Below are positions 37,165-49,391 of a stretch of 64,000 nt of DNA, piece after piece. A program made the position numbers and the translations under genes. The notes under the pieces are model-generated. The model was given only the letters and a program-made list of their open reading frames with translations. It was not told the DNA's origin and made no database searches. The stretch lies in NCBI GenBank assembly GCA_964252035.1, contig OZ176201.1; one strand, written 5' to 3'. How positions within the stretch are numbered: the stretch's first letter is position 1; every line of letters starts with the position of its first letter. This stretch comes from Podarcis erhardii. Lineage: Eukaryota.

Positions 37165-40100
37165 GCTGAACTAGGATCCACACAGTCTCAAAAACAAATT
37201 AACTGAAAAAGCCTCAAAACAAAAAACGCAAAATAAATAGCAGAAACAAAAGCTCCAAATATCACCTCAGAACACTGCAATCGGAAACGGAAGGCTTGAA
37301 TTACAATGCGGCGGGGGGGGGGGACGCAAATTTGCAACGCAACAGGAAACACAGGGGGCTGCAAATTAGCAGCGCAACAGGAAGCACAGGGGGACTCAAA
37401 ACGGAGTACATTCGGCTTCCGAAAATAAATTTGAAAACTGGAACACCTACTTCCGCATTCGGGTTCCAAGTTGTTCATGAACTAAGCGGTTCAAAAACTG
37501 AGGTACCACTGTAGTTAGTCTCCCACAGTGTTGTTTTTTTAACTGCACTTGTATTGGCATTAGTGTTTAAAGCAGGCACACATGCCAAATCACATAGGGT
37601 GACAAAGAAGATATGGATGGATGCCACCTTCAAAAATGTTCTTGAAGGTCGAATCATAGAATCATAGAATTGACACATATGACACATATCATTGCACAGC
37701 ATGGGCTAGGCTATTTTTGGTGAAACTTTGTAGTTATGAAAAATGGACTGATTTGGACATACTATACACAGAAATGAAGCTAAGAAGCCTGCTACCAGAT
37801 GTATAATAAACAGGGAAATCTTTCTGAACTTTGAAGTGCTATAACACTTTGAGTGCCTAAGACCCTGGAAATTATGGCCAAAACATAGATTCATAATGCC
37901 ATACTGTTTTACCTATCCCACAAAAGCTATTTCAAGTGTATTACATATTTGGTAGTCAACTCATTTCGTATAACTTGATACATAGAATGTCCAGATTGGG
38001 TTGATATTTACTAAGTTACGTCTGAGTTAGGGGAGATAGCCATATTCCTTAAAGCAGTTAAATGCAATAAAAAGGGATTCCTAGTTTCAAAACCAAATCA
38101 TGTAACAGAGGTTGTTTCCTAAGAACTCCTTGCCTGAAAATGAAATATAAAAATTGCTTTCCTTGTTTTGAACCACTTGGATACCTCTGGCTGGAAAGCA
38201 ATGGGTGTTTCCTCATTTGTTTCCTTAGCTGACACATTGTGTTAGGATCACTTTCTTGGAAATGCTTGCTTGTTCTACGCTCGGGTGGGAAGATTGAGGC
38301 AGGGCCTTCATTTGGTGGCGGAGCACATGCTTTGCATGCAAAAGATTCAAGCCTCAATCTATGGCATCTCCAGATGTGACTAGAAATGAACCCCTTCTGA
38401 AACCCTGGAGAGCCACTGCCACCCAAAAATACCAAACTAGATGGCCTGACTTAGCATAAGGCAGTTCCTAACACCTGCTTCACTCTGCATTCAGCACTCA
38501 ATTGGTGCCCCTGCAACATTCAGTGGTGGAGTGTATGCCCGTGCTGCCCAGGCTGGGCACGCTCCCAAGGGGGGGGGGGCGGGGTATGGAGGGAGCCCCA
38601 CCCACCCACCAATCCTGCTTCCTTCCTCTCGCCTTCCCTTCCCCCTCCGTCATTCACTTGCCTGCCTCCTTCCTGTCCTCTCCGCTGTCTGCCTGTCTTT
38701 GAGCGTCCCGGGAGGCTTGCCGCCGCCGGCGCACCACCAGGATGCTCGCAGGCAGGCAGGCAGGGGAGAGGACGGGAAGGAGGCAGGCAAGTGAATAACG
38801 GAGGGGGAAGGGAAGGGGAGAGGAAGGAAGCGGGATCAGTGGGTGCGCACAGTGCCCGCCAAGGGTGCCAGCACCACCTGCCAGGGTACACGAGACGCCT
38901 GGCATGGGAGGAGCGCCACTGCGAAGACCCACACAGGGGGATTTTGTCACCCCCTAGAGATTGCACCCGGGGTGGACTGCTCCCCCCGCCCCCACCTTCG
39001 TCCGCCAATGGCAACATTACAGGTATCAGTTTGCTATCACAACTCAAGCTATCACAGTGGGGAAATACTCCTGTTTGCCTTTGTTATATGGAAGTGATTT
39101 GATCGAAAGATAGTACTTACCGTATTTTTCGCCCTATAGGACGCACCAGCCCATAGGACGCACCTAGTTTTTTTGAGGGGAAATAAAGGGGGGGGAATTA
39201 TTCCCCCCCCCAGCTGCGGATATCTGCCCGAAGCGCGGGGCGCTCTGCTTCGGCGCGCCCCACGCTCCGGGCAGCAGGCTGCTATCCGCAGCCTAGGGAG
39301 CCCTGCGGGAACCGACACCTCTCGCTCTCCACACTTCAGCGAAAGCCTGCATTCGCCCCATAGGATGCACACAGATTTCCCCTTCATTTTTGGAGGGGAA
39401 AAAGTGCGTCCTATAGGGCGAAAAATACGGTAAGTGTCTGACATAATATTTGAGAGTCTTTCCAGACAGGAGTTGAGGAATCAAAGATCTCATATTTGCT
39501 CCTAATATTCAAAATACATAGGATTTCCCCTGTGCTGTAATAGCCAGGATGTCACATTTTCAGTGCCTCATGTCCTCCCATCACTCCCATCTTCCTGAGG
39601 TGCTCTGTGCTGTTTTCCTTCCCACAGGAATATTGGCGCTATGATCCGTTTTCAGCCTTCAAGGATTCTGAGGGGAACATCTATGCACGTGGAGCCCAAG
39701 ATATGAAATGTGTTTCTATCCAGTAAGTCCAACCATGGTGGGGGAGAGGACACATGACTGAGAAGATTATCTCATCCTATCGTAGTTCACGTACAGTGCT
39801 CATTTCAGTTAGTGCACTTTAGAGGGTGCAGAAGTCAGTGGAAAACTTAACCCTCGTTGGCCAGTGTGCCTTGGGTTAAATGGTAATGGGTTCAGTGCCC
39901 CAAAGGTAAACAGGAATAGATAGACTGCTAATACACACAAATGCTGCCTGAATAGTATGTGGGTGGTTAAATCCTGCAAGTAGCAAAGTTTTGTATAACT
40001 TTTGTAGCCATTTTGTTTTTATTTTATTACATTATGTGCTGCTTAATTACATCGTAAGCAGTATACAAGTAACTCAACACAATAAAAATAAAAATCATCT

Positions 40101-41242
40101 AAAACCATAAAATCAGAATTCAGTTAAAATACCTGCTTGAATAAAAAAAAGTCTTCAGTAGTCATCGGAAGTCCAACAGGGAGGGGAACCCGTCTGATCT
40201 CAACTGGAAGGAAGTTCCATAAAATTAAGCTCACAGTACTGACGCATGGGCATAGCCAGGATATTTGCTGCGGGGGGAGGGGGAAGGGGTAGGACTGACA
40301 TGATTGGTCAGTTAGTTAAGTATTTCTATTGTTTTACTTGATGGGGGGGGGAGAAGCTGCACCCCTGCCCCCTCCTTGGCTATGCCCATGTACTGAATGC
40401 ACAGATCCAAGTTGTAAAGGCCTTGTAAATTAATATAAGAACCTTGAACCTCTCCCAGTAGCATATAGCCAGTCGGTGCAAGCTTTTGAGCATTGGAGTT
40501 GGGTGTTGGGTGATAGTCCATCTGCATCAACACTCTAGCTGCAGCATTTTGCACTAGCTGGAACTTCCAGAAAAGGCTCAAGAGTAGCCCCACGTAGAGC
40601 ATATTACCAATGCATGAATTACCGTGGCCAAACTATGAGAATGGCCATAGCTGGCGGACTAGCTGTAGCTGGTAAAAGGCATTCATAGCCACCAAGGCTA
40701 TCTGAGCCTCCAGCAATAAAGGAAGAACCAGGAGCACCCTCAAATTCTTATTAATGTGTGGTTAATACGAATTACTTGTCTTGCTCTGCCCTGTATGGTA
40801 TATCTTAGAAGTCAATGGACTCTGATCCAGGCTTCAGCTAGCTTCCAGTTGCCACCCCCAAAGAACCCACCCTCCCTTTCCCTCCTTTATCATTCCTGCA
40901 GCTGTGCATGATCCTGACTGGGTGTAGACCAAGCATCTCTGGGTTGTCCCAGGGGTATCATCAGCCACTAAATAAGGCTCCTTTCCTTCCAGGTACATAG
41001 AGGCCATCCGGAAACTGAAAGCCGAAGGGAGACAGTTCCCGCGTACTGTTCATATGAGTTTTGTCCCAGGTGAGTTAACCAAGGGCTTATTCTTTCCCAT
41101 TTACTTGTATTTCTTGCCCCTAATAGTTTCTCCTCCTTCCATATTTCTCTCTACCCTTGTGAATGAACTTTAAAAGGCCCAGCCCTCCTCTTTCCTTAGA
41201 TCTCCCTCCCAAAAGACAGTTGAAGTAGTGGTAGTAGTAGTG

Positions 41243-41281
<39 letters not shown>

Positions 41282-44200
41282 ATAATAATAAAATTTTATT
41301 TATACCCCGCCCTCCCCAGCCAATACCGGGCTCAGGGTGGCTAGTAGAAGTTCATGTCCCTCCCCTCTCAGCTTGTAAATTACACCAGGCAAGTCAACCC
41401 AACTTTTTAATCCCTGCCATACAAACCTTCACTGTATTGACTGTCCTCAATCCCCTCTCAATAACCAGACTCACCCAAAACAAAAGAAAAATTAGTCACC
41501 CCCATCTCCTTTGGTGGTTGTCTGTTTAAGAGATGCTATAGGAGGTGGCTGAGGAGAACCAGAATTTAATATCTGGTAGTGGCGGCGGCTGTTCCTCCTC
41601 CACTGCGGGAGGCTGTATGCCTCTGAATACCAGTTGCTGGGGATCACAAGTGGGGAGAGCGCTGTTGCACTCAAGTCTTGCTTGCAAACTTCCCAGAGGC
41701 ATCTGTTTGGCCATTGTGAGAATAATGTAAGTGGGCCCGTAGCCTGATCCAGCTGGGCTTTTCTTTATGTGGTCTTTGTAGCTGCCCCAAACAAGGTTTT
41801 TGCTTGTAGATCCTTTAATAGACAGCCATTCTTGTTCCATCCTTGGAACACTAGAGGGCACCTGCAGAGGATGCATGTACAAGGATTACATGTACATGTA
41901 CAGAGGATGCATGTACCAAGGATTTTGGGCCTGACTGGATGTAAATGGAAAGTATGTGTTCTCTCCTTATGCCCTTTTTGTGGTTAAAAGCAATCATGAT
42001 GCCTCTCAATTTGGGTTGAGACCATGCCACTGGAGGGGTGGGTGTTTACCCCTTTCCCTTCACACTACTTCCATGACTTAATCACTCCCCACATCCCCAC
42101 AAACTGCTGCTATAAACTGCAATATAGGTTCATGTCCCCCTCCCTTCTCTGCAACATATAACCACATAGGTTTAATTCAATAAAAATACATCCGAGGGGA
42201 TCCAAGCACTGTTCTCCCATGGCATTTTTCTTCTGGCTCTCTGTTGCAGCCCAGGTAACCAGATACTGATACCTGCTATTTCTGCAGCCTTTTCAGTATT
42301 AGTACAGTCTGCAGTTTCCTGGCTCTCCTGAGCAGACTGACTGGCTCCTGCTACACAGCAGGAAACAATTTGAACATCACAAATCTCTGTGTCATTGCTA
42401 AGGTGGATCATCACTGTGAGCTGAATCGCCACAAGTGAAATCTCTCCGGGTTCCCATAGGGAACTGTGAGTTGCCATAAGCTCTTGGGCCCGTTTTGACT
42501 TTCAAGTGCAGAGAGAGATGTGGTTGGTCTCTGGAGAATGAAAGCAAAGGTGTTTATGTGGTGACTGGTGATTCACTTACCTGGTCTCTTTTCCCTCCCC
42601 TGCAGATGAAGAGATCGGGGGCCACAAGGGGATGGAAATGTTTGTGAAACGTCCTGAGTTTGCAACACTTAATGTTGGCTTTGCCTTGGATGAAGGTGAG
42701 GCTCCCATCAGGGAAGCTATTTTGGACTTGAGTGTATGAGGGAACCAGCCCATACATTTTGCTTTACCCTTGCTTCAGTTTATCCTTGATGATTACCTGG
42801 GCACACTTCCTCTCTCATTGCCAGAAAGAGAGAGGGAGAGAGAGAGAATGAGATTCTGTTTGGTCACAGGCTTACTGTCAAAAAGGGGCATACAGTGGTG
42901 AAGATTCTTTGTTTTACTGGTGCAAGGCAAATGATGAACTCACTTGCATGAGATTAATGAATTCTCAGCCACTTTGACGGTCTGTTTCCTGGTCAAAAGG
43001 CGCTTCAGAAAGCCTACTGTGCCTTCTAGCTAAATGTGTTGTTTGCTAATTCCATTCTCTCTCTTCCCCCAGGCCTGGCAAACCCAACAGACACTTTCAC
43101 TGTATTCTATGGCGAAAAATGTCCGTGGTGTGAGTACAATCCGGGATTCCTTCTGTGTTTGTGTGTTTGGATTTTTGTCTCTGTTTGTGGTTCCCTCATG
43201 GCTACTTCTGGTCTTACATGATGTTTGCTTGCATTTTCAATACAGATCTGGGGAGAGATAATGTCTTTTGAAAGAAAGAATTGTTGAGCCTCTTTCACAG
43301 GGAAGTCACGAATTCTTCTGAGTAGTTTCTGGAGTTTTGCCATACCCATGTCTTCACTGTAAAATAGTCACACATGTAAAACCTTCCTAGAGCTTTCGGG
43401 GCTTTATGGAGGAGCCAGAGCAGATAATGAGACCAGCATCCTGTTGAAATTGGTTTGGGACTTCATAATTCTTAGCCACAGCTGTTTTTCACTTTCACAG
43501 TAGATTCGAATCTGTGGATTTTTAGTCACAGTTAACATCACTGGAATCAACTTGGAATTTTAAGCCTCCTTCCTCGAGTGGTTTTTTAAACCTTGGGATT
43601 TTCAGTAAGGGCTTGTAACTTGTGAATTCGGATAATTTTGCAGTGAATGTCTGAAAGTCGGCATTCACATGTGAGTGTTAACAGATCGTGTAAGTGTGAT
43701 TGCCAGCATTCCCTGCCTTATATCTGTAAAAAGGAGTAGGGATTCATATCAAGGTAACAGGATATCCACCATTTGTTGGATATACGAATGGTAACATTGC
43801 CATAAAGCTGATTTACTATAGTTTGCTGCTTTTATTCCCCTTCCTAGATGGCTTTGCCTCACATTTTCTCCCCTTCACCCATGCTTGCTTTCTGGCTCCC
43901 TCTCTTTGGGATACTGCCACAGTCCAATGTCTCATCTGCTGCCTTACTGCCATCTCCCTTGCTCTTCCTCAATATATTCCTATGGTGCTCTAGCCCATCC
44001 CTGTTGCCCTCTTAGTACGATGCCCACAAATGGGGCTCTTAAAGTATAGACTATGCCATTTCCCCATATAAGTTGAAAAACAGTGTATGCAATATGGATG
44101 CAAATTGGCTAGGTTGCAGGGGCTTTTGCAGCTAATATTCCTGCTGCTGAAGAAACAAGCCCACTATTCAACTGCAGAAGCCGTTTGACTCGTCAGCCAT

Positions 44201-47200
44201 GGGGGTCTGTACAACACTCCAATACTATTCTCTCTTCTTTGTGTATGTTGATCCTTTGGATCATGGCACTCTTCCTCTAAAATATGTGTTGAATGTGGTT
44301 TTCACTTACTGTAGGAGTTGGGCATCAAGGTGTTGCTTTGACTACCTTGCTTATCATTCATGTTTTGTGCTTCCTCTGAACACTTTGCAGGGATTAAAGT
44401 GAAGGTAGAAGGGAACCCAGGACATGGATCCAGATTCATTGAGAACACAGCTGCTGAAAAGATGGTAAGAGATTAGGAATAGGGGCGAAGTGGCGTGGGA
44501 GGCGAGGCTGCTTTTGTTTGGCAGGGGACAGAATTGTTTGCTTAGATATAAAAGCAATGCCTTCAGCCATCCGAGCTGAGCTCTGTTTTCATAGACCTTT
44601 CTTTACACAAGCCTTTGAGCCTGGTGCCATCCAGCTGCTGGGCCACCTTGAAAAACATTTGCTCATTAGAATATGTATCTATGTTTCCATATTGTTGCAT
44701 TGACTTTTCTGCTTTCTTGCCCATAGCACAGAGTGATTACTTCCTTCCTGGAGTTTAGAGAGCGTGAGAAACAAAGGTGAGGGAAAAAAGGAGCCCCTAT
44801 GACTGCGTTGGGAAGGGGTGCATCTCCTGACCTTCTCTATGGCTCACTTTTGTTTGCTATTTATTTGGCGACCATTTCTAATGTGCAAAGGCCTTTCAGT
44901 CCTTAAGTTTGTCCTCGTAACTGAGATAGAGCCCTCCCTTAGGACTGATGCTAGCATTATTCATTGGGCCACACTGATGCGTGACTCGTTGCCATCTGTG
45001 TGGGTTGAGGAACATTCAGGTTGTTGTAGACAATGAGCAGCAGTCCTGCTGGGCAAAGGCAGAGAAGCTTTATTGCAGGGAGAGGACTGACCTATGGCCC
45101 TCCAGAAGTTGTTGCACTACAACTTCCACCAGCTCCAGCCAGCATAGCCAGTGGTGAGGGATGATGGGAGTTGTAGGCCAACAACATCTGGAAGAATTCT
45201 GGTCCCCTATCCCAGCATTAGTGGCACTCATTGTTCCTGAGACAAGAGGCTTGCAGTGGAACGTGTCTATGTTTCCAAGACCACTTGTAAGCTGCTGTAT
45301 GAGTCACCTGTCATTTGGACTCCACTTCTTGTGGGTAGGAATATTAGCTGTTCTGATGATTGAAAATACCCACTGTTCCTACCAATACTTGGAACAGTGA
45401 TTTTAGCCTCCTGATTCTTCACCCTTGGGACTTAGGGAGCAGTTAAGCGCAGAGTTTCAAAGATGTGGGGTGAAAGTCTTTCTCCCTTGTTTCTTGCAGG
45501 TTGAAATCAGAGAAGCACCTTACCTTGGGTGACGTCACTTCCCTCAACCTGACCATGCTCAATGGGGGCATCTCCTTCAATGTGGTCCCTTCTGAGATGT
45601 CTGCTGCCTTTGACATCCGCATCCCTCCCACAGTAGATTTAAAGGTACAGTATCTGGCTACTGACAGAAAGGAAGGAGGTAGGGGAATGGTGACTAATTT
45701 TCAGGCTGTGGGGTATTGCCTGGAATATGCTTACTGGGAAATGGCTGGGGCGTGTATGTTTATTCTTCCTGCATTGGACTGTGTCACCTAGAGCTCTCGT
45801 TCCTAGGCTTCTTACATTAAAATTGTTTGAGACATCCTATAAAATATGAAATGTTATAAATGTTGTTGTCTTGCACTGGTTATCATTGATCACATGAAAG
45901 CACCTTGCAACTCTACCTGGTTATGATTAGGAGAATTGAAGGGGCTGATTTTTTTGTCTGTAAGGTACCTCCAAGAACCCTGCTGACTCTCCCGTTCCAC
46001 TTTCCCTCCTTGCCCTGAAGGATCGTCTCCAGTTGCAGGACCCGCCTTCAGGGGCTGCAAGAGAGGAAGGAGCCGGTTGGGGAAGCCTCTGAGGTTTGGC
46101 ATGGTTCTAAGCCAGCATGGATCCTTGGATCAGTGGTTAAGCTTAAGGAGCATTTGATTTTTTATATATATTTGTGGGGGTAAGAATGGTGGTTAACCAT
46201 GGCAGGAAGGAGTGTAGAGGATTCTGGGATGAGTTAGAAGGACTGTGGGATAAATTGAAATCAGAATCATTCTGACATCAACTAACCCCTTTTACACCCA
46301 GCTGAGAACTCCGCAGGAGAGAACCCTCTGCAGATACCGTTTCATCAGGAGGTCCTTTCTGTACAATGTACATTGCCTTTAGTGTGGCAGTACTTACCCC
46401 TTGGACCTCCTTTCTGCTACGTACAGATCAGAGAGATTCTATTTTTCCAGCACCTATTGAAGACTGTGCTTTCTTAAACAAGCCTTATAAGTTGGGTTTT
46501 TCTTTTAAAAAAAATAAAATCCGGTCTGTTATCTGTTATTACATCTGAAATGACTTTTATATGTTTTTGCTGATGATGTTTTTATTGTTAAACAGATTCA
46601 AGATGTTTCACAGGAAGCAATTCCTGGATGAAATAAATAACCATGTTGCTTTGTTTCTGCTCTGCAGGCATTTGAGGAGCAGCTCACAGCCTGGTGCCGG
46701 GCGGCTGGGGAAGGTGTTAGCTATGAGTTCCACCAGGTAACCGTGGAGACGAGGGAATATTCCAGCAGCCTGTTGCCACCCCCTTAGATCTAGGCGCCTA
46801 GCTCTGTTCCTGGCTTATGGCTACATGGCCGCCTGTGCTGCTGTAGCTGCTGCTGCCACCTCTCTCTCTCCCTCTCTCCTCCATCTCCCTCTTGGGCCTC
46901 TCCTCTCTCAATATGGCTGCCCTTCTGTTCTGCCTTGTCTCCCTCAACCTCTTGCACTCCTGCTGCCGCTTCTGCCGAGCCCTTGCCACAAGTCTCCTGC
47001 ACTGTAGGTGCCCTGTTGCCTCCTCCAAGCTTCACCCTCTACCCTTTTCTTTGGGCTAGAAATACACGGATCAGTCGGTGACCTCCACAGAGGAATCTGA
47101 CCCCTGGTGGAAGGCGTTCAGTGGCACCTGCAGGGACATGTGAGTAAGACGCCTCATTCCCCCCATTCTCACACTCACTCTTATGAAGACACCTGTGGAG

Positions 47201-47880
47201 GCTGGTGGCTGTTTTCACCTGCCGGAGGCAGAAGGAACTGTAAACACGACATCATTTTGGAGGGAGGGATGTGTGAGGGGGGGAAACCTGACATTCAAGG
47301 CATTCAGAAAAAGACTCCCCTAGGGATCAGTATGGAGAACAGGAGAGTGGCCCACTTATCCTCACCCTTCCCAACGTCTCCCATTCTGTTCATCCGAGGT
47401 CCCCTGTGCTCCATTTTTAAAAATTCTCACCATCTGAATCCCGCCTTCAGGCAGCTTGGAGCCTCCTTGGCAGGAGAAAGAAGAGCCTAGCTTAGCAATG
47501 GGAGCTCCCCTGTCATAGTATCTCTGTCTTTGTCAGGAACATGAAGCTGCAATGTGAGATCTTCCCTGCTGCCACAGACAGCCGCTATATCAGAGCGGTG
47601 AGTGCAAGTGCATTTCCTGTGTGCATTTATCTTTCAGTTGATTTCTTCCAGTACTTTGGCTGAGCTTCTCTTGTGTCCTCTTCCCCCTCCTCCTCCTCCC
47701 CCCACTGTGTTGTAGGCGGGACACCCGGCTATCGGCTTCTCCCCAATGAACCGCACCCCTGTGCTGTTGCATGACCACAACGAGTTCCTGAATGAGCAGG
47801 TCTTCCTTCGCGGGATTGAGATCTACGCCCATCTCATCTCTGCACTGGCCAGTGTCCTTCCCCTGCAAGCAGAGGCCTGA
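26269..47880 (+). CDS. ACY1: Aminoacylase-1 (M20A metallopeptidase family); 14 coding exons, 1251 nt, 416 aa
   Basis: Exon phases join into one open frame; motifs [28 protein letters not shown] and LHDHNE all intact. Confidence 0.96.
28108..28149. repeat. (GT)21 microsatellite
   Basis: Read directly from the sequence. Confidence 0.97.
29064..29296 (-). mobile_element. Family A MITE, reverse orientation
   Basis: CAGTGGTACCTC TIRs; TA TSD. Confidence 0.88.
30047..30182. mobile_element. Palindromic hAT MITE
   Basis: 58-bp arms with 1 mismatch (CAGGCATAGGCAAAC...); degraded TSD CATTTGAT/CACTAGAT. Confidence 0.85.
31769..32100 (-). mobile_element. Sauria-type SINE, 5'-truncated
   Basis: Reverse complement of the 474-830 type; intact B-box GGTTCGAATCCC, A-box lost. 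Confidence 0.88.
32745..32970 (-). mobile_element. Old tRNA-derived MIR/CORE-like SINE
   Basis: Minus-strand tRNA-like head (B-box-like GGGTTCAAATCCC) and MIR-like core ACAGCAACCCTGTGAGGTAGG. Confidence 0.65.
33107..33171 (+). CDS. ACY1: ACY1 coding exon 2
   Basis: [21 protein letters not shown], 65 nt. Confidence 0.9.
36041..36145 (+). CDS. ACY1: ACY1 coding exon 3
   Basis: [35 protein letters not shown]. Confidence 0.95.
36577..37511. mobile_element. Larger non-autonomous Tigger-like element with a nested family A MITE (36811-37048)
   Basis: Outer ends GAGTGGTACC...GAGGTACCACTG with TA flanks; inner MITE with TA flanks; (AATC)n inside. Confidence 0.75.
38302..38470 (+). mobile_element. 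Degenerate tRNA-headed SINE (Squam3-like)
   Basis: GGAGCACATGCTTTGCATGC head; GAAACCCTGGAGAGC and ATAAGGCAG body. Confidence 0.55.
38521..39010. mobile_element. hAT-type non-autonomous element with an internal inverted repeat
   Basis: CAGTGGTGGA / TCCGCCAATG termini; perfect 8-bp TSD GCAACATT. Confidence 0.85.
39120..39430. mobile_element. Tc1/mariner (Tc2-like) MITE
   Basis: 27-bp perfect TIR CCGTATTTTTCGCCCTATAGGACGCAC; TA TSD. Confidence 0.92.
39628..39722 (+). CDS. ACY1: ACY1 coding exon 4
   Basis: [31 protein letters not shown]. Confidence 0.95.
40020..40760 (-). mobile_element. L2 LINE 3' fragment interrupted by a hAT MITE (40245-40390)
   Basis: Minus-strand [12 protein letters not shown]; MITE TIR CATGGGCATAGCC with TSD TACTGACG/TACTGAAT. 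Confidence 0.75.
40993..41069 (+). CDS. ACY1: ACY1 coding exon 5
   Basis: [25 protein letters not shown]. Confidence 0.95.
41225..41345 (-). repeat. (GTA)n/(AAT)n microsatellite plus short L2 tail
   Basis: The tail resembles the 53078-53450 L2 end in reverse orientation. Confidence 0.75.
41560..41770 (+). mobile_element. CR1 3'UTR fragment
   Basis: CCTCTGAATACCAGTTGCTGGG ... GGCATCTGTTTGGCCATTGTGAG ... CTGATCCAG; shares the CTGAATACCAGTTGCTG motif with the 4541 CR1. Confidence 0.55.
42606..42695 (+). CDS. ACY1: ACY1 coding exon 6
   Basis: [29 protein letters not shown]. Confidence 0.95.
43073..43129 (+). CDS. ACY1: ACY1 coding exon 7
   Basis: [18 protein letters not shown]. Confidence 0.95.
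44391..44464 (+). CDS. ACY1: ACY1 coding exon 8
   Basis: [24 protein letters not shown]. Confidence 0.95.
44727..44776 (+). CDS. ACY1: ACY1 coding exon 9
   Basis: [16 protein letters not shown], 50 nt. Confidence 0.92.
45500..45644 (+). CDS. ACY1: ACY1 coding exon 10
   Basis: [30 protein letters not shown]...PPTVDLK. Confidence 0.95.
46668..46736 (+). CDS. ACY1: ACY1 coding exon 11
   Basis: [23 protein letters not shown]. Confidence 0.95.
47060..47139 (+). CDS. ACY1: ACY1 coding exon 12
   Basis: [26 protein letters not shown]. Confidence 0.95.
47537..47597 (+). CDS. ACY1: ACY1 coding exon 13
   Basis: [20 protein letters not shown]. Confidence 0.95.
47716..47880 (+). CDS. ACY1: ACY1 terminal coding exon
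   Basis: [37 protein letters not shown]...AEA*. Confidence 0.96.
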   Translation, partial: AGHPAIGFSPMNRTPVLLHDHNEFLNEQVFLRGIEIYAHLISALASVLPLQAEA

Positions 47881-49385
47881 ATAGGGGCAGGCAGAGCAGA
47901 AGGCAGCAGTCCGAGGGAGAGAGAAACCAAAGAATGAGAGAGAGAGAAGCTGAAAACCTGCATTGCTTCCTATTTTAAGACGGGACCCTGCTAGAGGGGA
48001 CGTAGGCCTTAGATGTTTTGATTGAGGGCTAGGGCTTGCTGAGATCACACCCAAAGCAGACTGTTGCATTCCAGCATCCCTGAGTGGTACACAAGGGGGG
48101 CAAAGCATGTTGGAAGCAGAAATGTACACTTACACCAGTACATATAAAGTGGGGCTCTGTAGGCGTCGGCAGCTGTTTCTCTGCTCCTTACCAAAGCACT
48201 TACAGTCAAGACCCTTGTTTGCACAGTTCCTGCATCAGGTCCCAGAGCTCCAGCTCTTTATCATCACCAGCTACCCATGTTGCGTTTTAAAGGATAATCC
48301 TCAAGCACCAGGTTTGTAGGACTGAGGTTCTCACCGCTGAGATTTCTTGGGTTTTGTGGCAGAACGTTATTGCCTTGTCACTGGCTCCTTTCACCACCTT
48401 CTCCCCTTAACACCAATGCTGCACCCTTCTGCCACGTGATTCCCTTCACCATACCAAACCCAAGGCCAAAGCAACTGGAAAAGCAGGGTAAGTCCTAAAC
48501 TGCAGGATTAATCGAGCTCCCCCCTGGTTCCTTCTTCCCTTTTGTAGGTTGATGCTCTTGACAACTAGCTGGTTTTCTCTTCTACAAGGCATGCCTAGTT
48601 CTCAAAGATCCAGCAATCTCAAATTTTCAGTGGGAGTCCAGGCACCATGGAAAAGCCTCAGTTTTGCCTCCATTATATGCTGTATGGTGTTGGGCAAATC
48701 TACACACTCTGTGCCCCTCACTTGTAGAGGGGCATGAAATGTTGCCACGGGCGCTTTGCCACATGAGATCTTCCTACAGAACTTGGTGAAGATGAAGGAA
48801 AAGGCAGGTTTGCTGAGGGAGATAGTAATTAATATTGCCTTACTTGGAACCTGCCTTCCCCACACACCAAAGTAGGATTGGCGTGGGGGTGGGTATCTCT
48901 CTGGATCTTCACTCTTTGGGACTTAACAGCAGAGGTGCTGGCTGCAGCATGGTGCCTTAATTTTCTGTTGAACTGTAACGAGTTACTGCTGACACTTGCC
49001 ATTCCCATGCAGTTAAGAGCTGGGTGAACAAGATTCAGCCATAAAGGACAGCCATCTCCTCCCCGCCCCAGAACGCTCCAAGGGAACAACACTACTTTAT
49101 TATGCTTTTAGCAAAACTTGCCCTTGCTTGGAAAGATCGTTTTTCACATTATGCTACAATATAATTCCTCATCCTCAGGTTTACATGATATTTGATAACA
49201 TCATCTGGAATTGCCAGCAAATTCCCTAGAAACTATACTCACAATCACTAACATTGTAGATCAACATGTACTTAAGTAATGAGGAATACGTGCCCCCTTC
49301 ATCTCCCTGTTACCAGCATGCGGCTTGAGCAATAGATTGGATAACGGCATGATGCTTTAATTTGACATATGTCCTTGCTAGTATC

Positions 49386-49391
49386 AATAAA
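49386..49391 (+). terminator. Candidate ACY1 polyadenylation signal
   Basis: First AATAAA noticed downstream of the stop. Confidence 0.4.
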
